The notes under the pieces: model-generated
Told to the model about the DNA's origin: nothing
What the model saw: the letters and a program-made list of their open reading frames with translations, nothing else
Databases searched by the model: none
Part shown: positions 17,549-27,800 of the stretch, one piece after another
Layout: each line of letters opens with the position of its first letter
Numbering within the stretch: the first letter of the stretch is position 1
DNA from: Chrysochromulina tobinii
Taxonomy: Eukaryota
Reading direction: 5' to 3'
DNA length: 41,761 nucleotides
Assembly (NCBI GenBank): GCA_001275005.1
Contig: JWZX01002622.1
Coordinates: 1 to 41,761, forward strand
Translations under genes and position numbers: made by a program

Positions 17549-19917
17549 TTAGAGCGGGCTGAGCGTCACCCACGGAAAGTGGAAGCAGTCGGGCTGTCCC
17601 TCGTGCGAGAACGTGGCGTTGCTCCGGAGCGTGGACCAGCAAAAGACGGGCTGCTGGTCGTACGTCGGCCCCATGCGCACGTCGACCTCGGGGCCAACGG
17701 CTCGCGATCCCCCCCGGGGAGATGCGGCCGAGATCCCCGAGATGTCGACCTCGGGGCCAACGGCTCGCGATCCCCCCCGAGGAGATGCGGCCGAGATCCC
17801 CGAGATCACGCGAGATGCAGACGAGATCTTCGAGTCGGTCCCCCCCGACGGGTAGACGTCCTTGAGCTCGAGCTCGAGATCGCGACGGCTCGCGATCGCA
17901 TGCGACGGGTTCGCCTCACTCAGCGGATCCACCTTCCAGTTGTTGTACTGCATCAAGTCGCGCATGTCCGCCACCGTCGCGAGGGCGCCGTGGCGGTTTC
18001 GGAAGATGTTGGCGCGAGGGCACGAGTCCCAGCAGGAGTCGTTGTTCGGTGGCGTGGACACGCGCCCTAGCTCGCACGCCGCCGTGTTGCCCGATTTGCG
18101 CGAGATCTGGTCGAGATAGGGGATGTTGTACGAGGCCCAGTAGCCTTCCGCGTTGAGGAACCAGGTGAGGTCTTCCACACCGACCTCGCCCGGGATCTCC
18201 TCGGCGATGACGAAACTCTCGACCGGTAGGTCTTGGCCAGGGGTGAAGCGGCTGAGGTCGAGGATCTGCCACTGGTTCGTGTAGGTGCCTGCTCGGGGAG
18301 GGACTTCTGATGAGGGACACAATCACATGCAATCAGATGCAATCAGCGCACCTGCTGGAGGAGGGACTTCTGATGAGGGACACAATCACATGCAATCAGA
18401 GGCAATCAGCACACCTGAGGCCTCCTTTGCGAAGAGCGTCGCCCACGACGGCGCTGTCGTCGCGAGGGTGTTCGCGGTGATCGCTCGCGCCCAACAGAGG
18501 CACGATCTCGGCGTCACCAGCTCGAAGAGCTCCGGATTGTACACGTCATTAGTGGTCTCGATGACCGCGAGCTGTGCCGAGGCCGAGTGCACGATGTAAA
18601 AGTCGTCGAGCGATGCGAGCAACCCTGGCGAGGACGAGAAGTGCACCTGTGGGGAGAGTGGCAGTAGCGGAGGCGCCGCGGTGAGCACTTGCATGCGCGG
18701 CGGGTGAGGAGCAGCCCTGGCGAGCTCGCAATCTGGCGGCAGGAGCGGAGGCGCCGCGGTGAGCACTTGCATGCGCGGCGGGTGAGACGAGGGGCGAGCT
18801 CGCAATCTGGAGAGACGAGACGTGTACCTGGCGTATCTCCGGCTGCGGAGGCGGCGCGTGCGCGGACAGGTGGAGTAGTACCGGCAGGGAGAGGTGCTTG
18901 AAGGTGCGCGGACCTGTGGGGAGAGAGGCGCCGTGGTGAGCGCTTGCATGCTGGCCTCAGAAGGGAGAGGTGCTCGAAGGTGCGCGGGCCCATGGCCGAG
19001 AAGGAGCTCCAGGTCGTGTACTCAGGGGTCATCAGAGGTCATCAGAGGTCATCAGAGGTCATCAGGGGTCATCAGAGGTCATCAGGACCCATGGCTGAGA
19101 AGGAGCTCCAGGTCGTGTGTGCGAAGAGGACGTCACTCCGGTCCGGCAGCAGCTTGAAGAGCGACGAGCATCGGAGGTCCACTGGGAGCTCCGTCTTTGG
19201 ATAGTACAGTCTCGAGTTGTAGATGGGGCCGCGAGGGTCGAATCTCCGAGATTGGATCTCGGGCTGATGGAATTTGGACTTGATCGTGTACATGTCGCCC
19301 CATGCCTGCACAAAGAGCAGCTTGAGCACGTTCATCCCGGTCGACGGGAGCAGGTCCTCGGCCGTGTACGCGCCCGCCGCCAGCGCACCGAAGTCGAAGT
19401 CGAGGGCGCCGCGCGGGGCTTGCGGGCTCAAGCATGGCGACTGCGCATAGCCCTCAGCGATGCCATGGAGCTGCTCCAGCGTGGACTTGATGCTGAACCA
19501 GAACGCGTCCGCCGCGTGCGCCTCGGCCGCCATCCGCTCCATGTATAGGTAGTTCTCTACGATGAAGCCCACGATGGCCGCCGGCGGAGGGCCCTCGAAA
19601 TTCGAGTAGAACATGTTGGGATACGAGTCGCTGATGCCTTGGCAGGCGAGAGTGCCCTCGGCAAACCCGGCCGCGCGATACACTTTCAGGACATCCTCCG
19701 GCGTGCTCGCGTTCTCGGCCACCGTCTCGACGCTCAGATAGCCCCAGCCGCTCTCTTGAGTGTTGTTCGTGTAGCTCACGGAGACGAGCGCGCCGCTTGT
19801 GGGCCGGACCGCGCCAATCTGTAGGCCGCCGCGGCCGTCGACGTACACGTAGCTCCTGGGGTGCGGCTCGGCGCGCACGAGAGCACAAGATACTGCCGTA
19901 TACAAGAAGGCACTCAT
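17549..19917 (-). CDS. Phospholipase B-like (PLBD / lamina ancestor, Ntn hydrolase); exons 19917-19089, 18913-18828, 18646-18415, 18288-17549 (~628 aa)
   Basis: Signal peptide, SGWGYLSV, AAGFAEG, CSSLFKLLPDRSDVLFAHTTW (Ntn Cys), FSSSPG..SLDDFY, IETTN, SGTYTNQW (restored by splicing), YWASYNIPY, PRANIF, GGTDSK, GPT. All three junctions are frame-consistent. Confidence 0.92.
17681..17806 (-). repeat. 63-nt in-frame tandem duplication in the last PLB exon
   Basis: ISGISAASPRGGSRAVGPEVD x2; units start at 17681 and 17744. Confidence 0.92.
18289..18414 (-). other. Intron made of two back-to-back 63-nt GT..AG units
   Basis: Units 18414-18352 and 18351-18289 are near-identical; removing both restores ASGTYTNQW. 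Confidence 0.88.
18647..18827 (-). other. Intron (181 nt) with exon-like head and two copies of the acceptor cassette
   Basis: CAG|GTACACGTCTCGTC...CTCTCCCCACAG|GTGCACTTCTCGTC; GCATGCAAGTGCTCACCGCGGCGCCTC occurs twice. Confidence 0.85.
18914..19088 (-). other. Intron (175 nt) with CTGATGACCT repeats, an internal copy of the spliced junction and the acceptor cassette
   Basis: ATGG|GTCCTGATGACC...CTCTCTCCCCACAG|GTCCGCGC; splicing gives SAMGPRTFKH. Confidence 0.8.
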
Positions 19918-20120
19918 TGCGACGGACTTGAAGCGGAGACGATGCGCGCAGTGCTTCCAGCCAGGCCGATCCCGAGCCGTCCGCTGAATCCGTCCGCGGG
20001 CGCCTTCGGCCTCTCCGGAACTTGGGCGAGAACGTTCTCGGCAGTTTGGTACGCGAACTACTTGCACCTGTCCCCACGCTCTACCGGGCTTTGCCACGTC
20101 ATTTCGAGCGCTCGCGCGAG

Positions 20121-20966
20121 ATGCCGCGACTCGGCCGACCGCTCGCCGCCCTCATCATCGGCGTGGCGCTCCACGCCTGGGCCGCTCCGTCCGCGGACGA
20201 GCTGCAGGCCTTCCGTGATACGCGCGGCACCATGTGCCGTGCGGTCGTGCGCGAGATGCACATCGAGATCCACAAGCATAAGCTCCGCAAGAACGGCGAG
20301 GACGACATCTACGAGACGGTGCCGGCAATCTGCCTGGCGATCGTGCAGAACTACTCGCTCACGGCCACGGCACCGCCCTCGCGCAAGTGGTCGCTGAAGA
20401 AGCGGGCCGTGCGCCTCGACGATGACGACGCATTGGATCAGAATCCATCCATGATGATGCATCTGATCACGCTCAAGAAGGCGTGCGAGCACTTCACCGA
20501 CGACTTCCAGCAGGAGCTGTCAGAGCTCATGTACCGATCCGCGCTGCTGCACGACATTGAGCCGATCGTGTCCGAGTTCTGCGAGTCAGATGTGGTCGTG
20601 CAGCCGCCCAAGCCGCCGCCATCGCCGCGCAAGCGCGTAGTGGGCAGCGATGGCGGCGCCAACGGCGGCGGCAGCAGCGGCGGCAGCGGCAGCAGCGGCA
20701 GCGGCAGGAGGCTGAGCAGCGACACGAGCAAAACCAAGGACAGCAGCAGCAGCAGCAGCAGTAGCAGCGGCGGCGGCGGCGGAAGCAGCAGCAGCGGCAG
20801 CAGTGGCAGCAGCAGCAGCAGCAGCAGCAGCGCCCGTAGGAAGTCGAGCGCCAGCAGCGCAGGCGATCGGTCCGACACGGACGGCGGTGGGCGCATGCCC
20901 GATATGGCCGAGCTGCTCAAGCGGTTCGACACCGACGGTTCGATCTCGCCGGCGGAGAACCTCTGA
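20121..20966 (+). CDS. Secreted saposin-like (Canopy/MZB1-like) protein with Ser/Gly-rich tail; 3' end uncertain
   Basis: Signal peptide MPRLGRPLAALIIGVALHAWA and Cys spacing CRAVV...ICL...LKKACEHF...EFC. The ORF runs into the 10-nt repeat array, so the stop codon may be intronic. Confidence 0.6.
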   Translation: MPRLGRPLAALIIGVALHAWAAPSADELQAFRDTRGTMCRAVVREMHIEIHKHKLRKNGEDDIYETVPAICLAIVQNYSLTATAPPSRKWSLKKRAVRLDDDDALDQNPSMMMHLITLKKACEHFTDDFQQELSELMYRSALLHDIEPIVSEFCESDVVVQPPKPPPSPRKRVVGSDGGANGGGSSGGSGSSGSGRRLSSDTSKTKDSSSSSSSSSGGGGGSSSSGSSGSSSSSSSSARRKSSASSAGDRSDTDGGGRMPDMAELLKRFDTDGSISPAENL

Positions 20967-21586
20967 TGACCTCTGATGACCTCTGATGACCTCTGATGAC
21001 CTCTGATGACCTCTGATGACCTCTGATGACCTCTGATGACCTCTGCTGACCTCTGCTGACCTCTGATGACCTCTGATGACCTCTGCTGACCTCTGATGAC
21101 CTCTGATGACCTCCGATGACCTCCGATGACCTCTGATGACCTCTGATGACCTCTGATGACCTCTGATGACCTCTGATGGCCTCTGATGACCTCTGATGAC
21201 CTCTGATGGCCACTGATGACCTCCGATGACCACCGATGACATCGGACGACCTCGGATGACCTCTGATGACCTCCGATGACCTCTGCTGACCTCTGATGAC
21301 CTCTGATGACCTCTGATGATATCTGATGACCTCTGATGACCTCTGATGACCTCTGATGACCTCCGATGACCTCTGCTGACCTCTGATGACCTCTGATGAC
21401 CTCTGCTGACCTCTGATGACCTCTGATGACCTCTGATGACCTCTGATGACCTCTGATGACCTCCGATGACCTCCGATGACCTCCGAAGACCTCTGATGAC
21501 CTCTGATGACCTCTGATGACCTCTGAGGACCTCTGATGACCTCTGATGGCCTCTGATGACCTCTGATGACCTCTGATGACCTCTCA
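20958..21586 (+). repeat. ~62 copies of a 10-nt satellite (CTCTGATGAC)n
   Basis: Directly visible tandem array with variants CTCCGATGAC and CTCTGCTGAC. The same unit occurs in introns at ~19020-19086 and ~35286-35345. Confidence 0.97.
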
Positions 21587-21615
21587 TCACCGTCGCCGCG
21601 CTTCGTGTACAGCAC

Positions 21616-21740
21616 GCAATCAGGTGCAATCAGGTGCAATCAGGTGCAATCAGGTGCAATCGGATGTAATCAGGGGAGCCAGCTGGGCGCGGAGCACCTG
21701 CCAATCAGGTGCAATCAAGTGCAATCAGATGCAATCAGGA
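21616..21740 (-). repeat. (CTGATTGCAC)n 10-nt repeats in intron-like context on the minus strand
   Basis: Plus strand shows CAGGTGCAAT repeats; minus strand reads G|GTCCTGATTGC...GATTGGCAG|GTGCTCC. Confidence 0.75.
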
Positions 21741-21861
21741 CCGCATCGCTGCACGGGCTACCCGGTTGGCATCAGGACGCCAAGTTGGGGCCTGTGTGTG
21801 TGGGGCACGTGTTAAACGCGTTTACACGCATTTTTAAAGATAAAAGCGTATTCGCAGCCTA

Positions 21862-22122
21862 GTACCCGCGTATACGCACCCCTGCCTGCGTATACGCACC
21901 CCCCGCGTATACGCACCCCTGCCTGCGTATACGCACCCCCCGCGTATACGCACCCCTGCCTGCGTATACGCACCTACCCGCGTATACGCACCCTGGGGTG
22001 CGTATACGCACGTACCTGCGTATACGCACCCACACCCGCGTACAAGCACATGTGCGTAAACGCGGCGTCGGGTGCGTATACGCACCTACCTGCGTATACG
22101 CACCCGACGCTGTGTATACGCA
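21862..22122. repeat. Minisatellite with palindromic core GCGTATACGC (~17-20-nt units)
   Basis: About 12 copies of CGTATACGCA with CCCCTGCCT-type spacers. Confidence 0.92.
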
Positions 22123-23063
22123 GGGACGCGACGAACGTCATGGGCGGTCCGCGAACGTACCGCGAGCGCCGGACCACTTCAACACGCTGTGAGGAATTGA
22201 TTAGTCCTGCCGCGTGCTCTTGCGTTGCCACGCCCCCTGCCGCTGCCGCGACGCCCACCGCCGTGCCACGCCGGGCTGCGGCCGCACGTTTTCAAAGTAA
22301 CCCTTGTCCCTCTCCCAAACGGGGGGGGGCGGAGGGGGACCGCCCCCCCCTCATAGGGAGGCGTCCACGACGTCGATCAACGACGCCCCACTGCAAAGTT
22401 TATTGCAAAGACGAAACCTCGCACTGGCCAACCCACAACCCGTCGGGAAAGCGGGGTTCGATGGTGTGGGTTCTCGCACGCGCCCGTTCGTAAGGGGGCC
22501 GCGTCTGCCGTCTCGGGTGGGGTCGTGTCAGCGTCAACTTTGCAGGCCTCCGTACCATATTCAACACCCGGTAAGTACGCGCCCATCGCGTTTGGTTGGC
22601 GGGGTTTTTAGCTTTGAACGCGGTCTGCCGCTCAGCGGGGTCCCAGCTCGAGGTCCCAGCGGTCTCGGCCCGGCCTCGGGGTGCGTGCGCGCGGTGTCGC
22701 TCCGGTCGTACCGCCGAGCGCCGACCGGTACCGCACTACCGCTACCGGCCGTATCGGTCCCGGCGGAGGGGCGGAGGGTCACCAAAAGAAAACTTTCCTA
22801 TCAGTCTGCCGTGCTCTCAGCCGGCTCTATAGTAGACGTTCCCACCGCTCCACCAGCACCACTGTGAATGCTCGCGGCCCCCTCCATATAGGCCCGTACC
22901 TTGTAACAACCGTGCATGTTGGCATGCGCATAGAACTGGGGCGCCTCGGGATAAATCCCACATGTAACCACTGTGCATGCGGGCATGTGCATGCATCTTG
23001 GGTTCCCAGCACGACGTGTCTCGAGGCGCCCGGTTCGCCACCGCGCCCGCTCCCGGCCGCCCC

Positions 23064-23153
23064 GCTTCCTCCGCTTCCTCCGCTTCCTCCGCTTCCTCCG
23101 CTTCCACAGCTTCCTCCGCTTCCACAGCTTCCTCCGCTTCCACAGCTTCCTCC
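23064..23153. repeat. 9-nt microsatellite (GCTTCCTCC / GCTTCCACA)
   Basis: Direct tandem array. Confidence 0.9.
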
Positions 23154-23238
23154 GCCCTCGGCCATCAACAGCCATCTCCTCAGGGATGCGTCCGCGGGCG
23201 CATCTGGATCATCCGTCCCTGGTACTCGGTCTCGTTCA

Positions 23239-24258
23239 TTAGGGATGCGCATCCGGGCGCACCTGGATCGTCCGTCCCTGGTACTCGGTCTCGTTAAACA
23301 ATTGAATGGCCTTGGCAGCCTCGCGTGTCGAACCGAGCAGCACAGTCCCGTAACCCTTACTTGTTCCATCGGGCGCCTGGGCGACGTCCGCACGAACGAC
23401 CGAGCCCGCCTCGCGAAACATGTCCTTAAGATCCATCCATGTCGTCTCCCGAGGCAGACCGCCCACGAACACTTTGCACCCGTCGGTCGGCGCCACTGCC
23501 GAACCGCCGCGGCCAGCCATGCCGACGCCAGCGCCGCCCTCGCGGTCCTCGCGCACGAAGATCAGGCGGCCGTTCAGCTCGGTGTCGTGCAGCGTGCTGA
23601 TCGCCGTGGCCGCGTCGCGCGCGTTGGCGAATGTGACAAGGCCGCACCCCTTGGAGCGGGTGGTGCCAGGCTCCATCATCACGTCCGCATGCAGAACCTG
23701 ACCAACGGTCTTGAAATGATCCTTGAGGTCCTGCCACGACACGTCCCACGCCAGATTGCCAACGTAAACGGAGGCGCCGGCGCCAGCGGCACCGCCCCCG
23801 CCGCCCTTGCCACCGACTGCGACAGTGCCAACATCGGTGCCAGCATCGCGGTCCTCGCGCACGAAGATCAGGCGGCCGTTCAGCTCGGTGTCGTGCAGCG
23901 TGCTGATCGCCGTGGCCGCGTCGCGCGCGTTGGCGAATGTGACAAGGCCGCACCCCTTGGAGCGGGTCGTGCCAGGCTCCATCATCACGTCGGCATTGAG
24001 AACCTGACCAACGGTCTTGAAATGATCCTTGAGGTCCTGCCACGACACGTCCCACGCCAGATTGCCCACGTACACCGACTTGCCACCCTGCGGTTGAGCG
24101 CGGCCACTGCCCTTGCCCGCGCTCTTGGCTGCGGCATAGGGCGCTGGCCGGCGAATGGCGCGGGAACTGGCAGAGACTTTTCCTGGACCACCGCCCTTAG
24201 CAGGCCGGGACGATCCCCTCTTCATGAGTTGGTCCAGCGACATGTCCAGCGCGGACAT
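23239..24258 (-). CDS. Three-RRM RNA/ssDNA-binding protein (GBP2/HRB1/hnRNP M-like)
   Basis: RNP2 VYVGNL (x2) and VFVGGL; WQDLKDHF; RNP1 SKGCGLVTF / SKGYGTV; GRLIFVREDR; N-terminal LDMSLDQL resembling the ALY/REF UAP56-binding motif. Confidence 0.92.
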   Translation of the reverse strand: MSALDMSLDQLMKRGSSRPAKGGGPGKVSASSRAIRRPAPYAAAKSAGKGSGRAQPQGGKSVYVGNLAWDVSWQDLKDHFKTVGQVLNADVMMEPGTTRSKGCGLVTFANARDAATAISTLHDTELNGRLIFVREDRDAGTDVGTVAVGGKGGGGGAAGAGASVYVGNLAWDVSWQDLKDHFKTVGQVLHADVMMEPGTTRSKGCGLVTFANARDAATAISTLHDTELNGRLIFVREDREGGAGVGMAGRGGSAVAPTDGCKVFVGGLPRETTWMDLKDMFREAGSVVRADVAQAPDGTSKGYGTVLLGSTREAAKAIQLFNETEYQGRTIQVRPDAHP

Positions 24259-24882
24259 CGTGATTAGCTGCAGTGATTAGAGCAGATGCAGAATCCGTCC
24301 GGTAAGTCTCTCCACATTGACACGTCACAGCGAACCAAGTGAACAGACCGGGGACCCCGTGATCAAAACTCGACACATAGTTCACCGCCAAGTTGTGCAT
24401 TTGTTGTGTGAATGTGTGCATGTGTGTCTATTATGTGATTTAAACAGCACACGGAAACACGGGCGCTCAACAAGGGGCGCTCAATACATGTCCTTGATAC
24501 ATGTACAAGTACCGGTACACCAATTGATACATACATTGTTCATGAACAGCAATGTCTGAGCGGGCAGTAACAGTGCCGTTGCACACCGGTTGTCGCGTGT
24601 GGCGCGTAACGTTCAGACGAAGCTTTTGGGATGCGCAACATCATCGCGCCAAGTAAGTCGCCAAACACCCAAACTCCGGCTTCGTGCTGCCCCCCCAATA
24701 TTCATTTTTCTAGGGCCCCACGGATCCGAAAGGGAAAAAAGATACGGTCTTCACAGCCAAGGGTTGATTTCTTCACACGCCGCGGACGAGCGCGGAGAGA
24801 AGAACTGGAGGAAGCTTTTTCACGGAGGGGCGGAGAGAGGTGCTTTTGTCTGCCTTTCCGAGAGCCTTTCGGTGTTCACGAA

Positions 24883-27800
24883 ATGGCGGGGCGAGACGTG
24901 GACGAGGATCTAGAGGCAGCCATTGTCCGCCTATCCGAGGCAGCGCGGCAAACCGCCGCTCCGCTCACTCAATTGGCCACCAGCACCCGCAACGAGGTGA
25001 CGGACTGGAAGCAGGCCGCAGGGCGCACCGACGGCAAAGAGGGCTACCAGTTTGGTGACGTGAGCAGATCACTCCTCAAAAGTACCACAGAGTTGGTTGC
25101 ACGCACCAAGGAGAGGTTCCAACCGGAGGACACAGACTCCTCGTCGGCGGCCACCAGCGCCGATCCGTCTATTGGCATCGCCAGCACAGTCGCGCGCGGC
25201 ATGGGCCAGCTCATTGGAGCGTCCAAGGGCGTGATCACGGCCACGGCACTGGGCATGGTCAAAGGAGGCGTCGCACTGACCGACCGGCTTTACGAGAACT
25301 CGGCAAACCAACTGGTCAACGAAGATGTTCGCGAGCGCTTCCAGAGCCGCATCGGCTTCCAGGCGGGCGCAATCGCCGCCGAGGTGGCGCCACTTCTGGG
25401 CAACATCGCGGCGGCATTCTTTCAGGGCTCGCTCGAGGGCCACGCGGCGGCGCACGGAGCTCTCGCGAGCGCGTATCAGACCGTTGTTCCCGTAGAGGTG
25501 CAGCTCGACATGCAATGTCGAATCGAACAGCGGCTCGGTGCTGTGATGGAACACCTCGTCGAGCCTGCAGTTCTCGAGGCCCTCTCGAGCTTTTATCGGA
25601 GCAAGGTGAAACCCCAGCTGATAGACGATTGGTGGATGCCCGACTACGTACGGCGTGCGGCTCACGAGGTGAGTGATCAGATAGCACATGATCTGATGCT
25701 CGAGCTACCTAATGGGCTGAACATGCTCGTCGGGACTAATGCAGAAGTGGGTGGCGGCCGACGAGCCAAGCCTATGAAGAGTTCGACCGCACCGCCGGCC
25801 GCCGCAGCCGAACAGGCGCCGCCGCAGCTGCCGCAGCTGCCGCCTCCGCCGCCTCCGCCGCCTCCGCCGCCTCCGCCGCCTCCGCCGCCTCCGCCGCCTC
25901 CGCCGCCTTTCGCGGAAGCACTTTCAGCTGTGGAGGCGCCTTCGGCTGTGGTAGCGCCTGCGGAAGAAGTGCTCCTCAGAATTGATAGCTTCATCAAGGT
26001 GGATGAGCAGTACTTTGAACAAGCGAGCTCAAGCTCAGCTGGAGGCACCCAGGCAGCAGGTTCGGTTTCGAAAGCTCCTGGTTCTCTTTCTACAGAAACA
26101 GCTTCACTCCCCCAAGAAAAGCAACGTGACAGTACATCCGGACGTCAGGCGCCTCCGCTGGCGCCTATCGCTGTGGCGGCGCCAGCGGAGGCGGCTTTAG
26201 CTGTGGCAGCGCCTGCCGCTGCGGAAGAGCCTGCTGGAGCTCTTTTGGACCGCCCAGCAGAGCGTCCAGCACCAACCACAAAGACTTGGCGCGAGGCGGT
26301 CGGTCGAGAGAGTGGACGCGACGGTTACGTCTTCGGCGATCTGGCCCGCAGCGTGGTCGGCCGTCTGCGTGGAGACGCCAAGCTGACGGGTACGACGGGT
26401 ACAGACGGGTCACCATCTCGTCAGACTGCCGGGACCCGGACCGGTACCGGTACGGACGAAGAGGTCGTCGACCCAGCGGTGGCGGCGCAGCTTGCAGAAT
26501 GGCGGCGACGTACGGCAGCCGCTAGTGGTGCCGTTTCGGGCACTTCGAGTCCCCACGCCAGCGACACGCCTACCCCGCCACCGTCCCCTCCGGACTCGTC
26601 TGCACCAGTGAATGCACTATCCGAGCCCGATGGCTGCGGCTATGCTGCCTCCGAATGCGCAGCCTCCGAGGCTGAGGAGGCGCCCTCCGAGTATGCGCCT
26701 GACAAGGCCCCAAGGATCGCGTTGTCGTGGGCACCAGGGCCCGCGCTCGACCCTGTGCTCATGGGGCCCCCTTCTGCCGCCCCGACTGCCGCCGCCCCTT
26801 CCACCACGGCCACGACGGCCTCGATGGGACACCGCTTACGAGCGGCGGGCCTGCACGTGCGCGCGCGCCTCCTGTACGCGCACCTGCCCTACCTTCCCAA
26901 CCTACCCTACCTGCCCTACGACCGCTACCTGCCTCAGACCGCTGACCTGCCCTACCTGCCCACAGGTACGCGTACCTGCCCTACGACCGTTCCACCTGGC
27001 AAACCATGCAATCTCCGTCGTCGCTCGCGATCATAGTCCTCGCTTCGTGGCCTTCGTGGGCGACGCGCACCATCTTCTTCGCCGTGCTGCTGCTGCTGCT
27101 GCTGCTCGACCTGGACGAGTACCAGGTGATTGAGCTTGATGGGTGTCGATGACCTTGATCGACCTTGCTCGACCTTGCTTGACCTTGCTTGACCTTTCAT
27201 ACCATTGATGGTGAATGCCACTGAACCTGAGCGCTTGCATGCATACCATTGATGCCGTGTGAGCATTTTGAATGCCACTGAAGCTGAGCGCTGGATTGCG
27301 CTGGATTGATCTGGATCGCGCTGGATGATGTCTGATGAGGCTGAGCGGTGCGGCAACCCGATCCTTCGCGTCGTGCAGTTGATGCAGTTCATCATGGCGC
27401 TCAAGGGCGCTCAGTTTGTGATGGGGCTGCTCCTCGCGCTAGAAGGCTTCTTGTTCTTCTACCACTGCGCCGTGCTCTCCGCACCAAGCAATTGCGACGA
27501 GGCGGGCCCGGGCGTTGGGCTAGGCGTCGGGCTGCAGGTGTTCTGGCAGCTCAGCCTCCAGCTGCTCACGTGGCTTGCCTTTGGGCTGCTGCCCTTCTCG
27601 TCGCAGTGCGGAGAAGTCACCCAGCTCGGAAGGCAGGCGCGTCAATCACAGCTTGCGGAGCGTAAGTGGCGCATGGCCGAGAAGCGCCGTCTCGAGCGCG
27701 AAGAGAAGGCAAGGGCAAAGGGCCCGTCGGTGGTTGCGCTCAGTAGGCTTAAGGGCCAGCTGCCGTCCTCCTCCTCCTCCTCGCAGCAGCAGCAGCAGCA

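Noticed and set aside
21594..21609. 16-nt inverted match to 28981-28996 (TACACGAAGCGCGGCG)
   Set aside because: A single 16-mer match is plausible by chance in 42 kb of GC-rich DNA, and it does not extend.
20586..21639. Long ORFs encoding (RGHQRSSEVI)n
   Set aside because: They are antisense translations of the 10-nt satellite, not genes. The same applies to similar ORFs near 19000 and 35300.
20958..22122. CRISPR-like array
   Set aside because: The repeats are contiguous with no unique spacers, there are no cas genes, and the context is eukaryotic.
22681..24267. 528-aa plus-strand ORF
   Set aside because: It is the antisense shadow of the GC-rich RRM gene and adjacent repeats, with no recognisable motifs.
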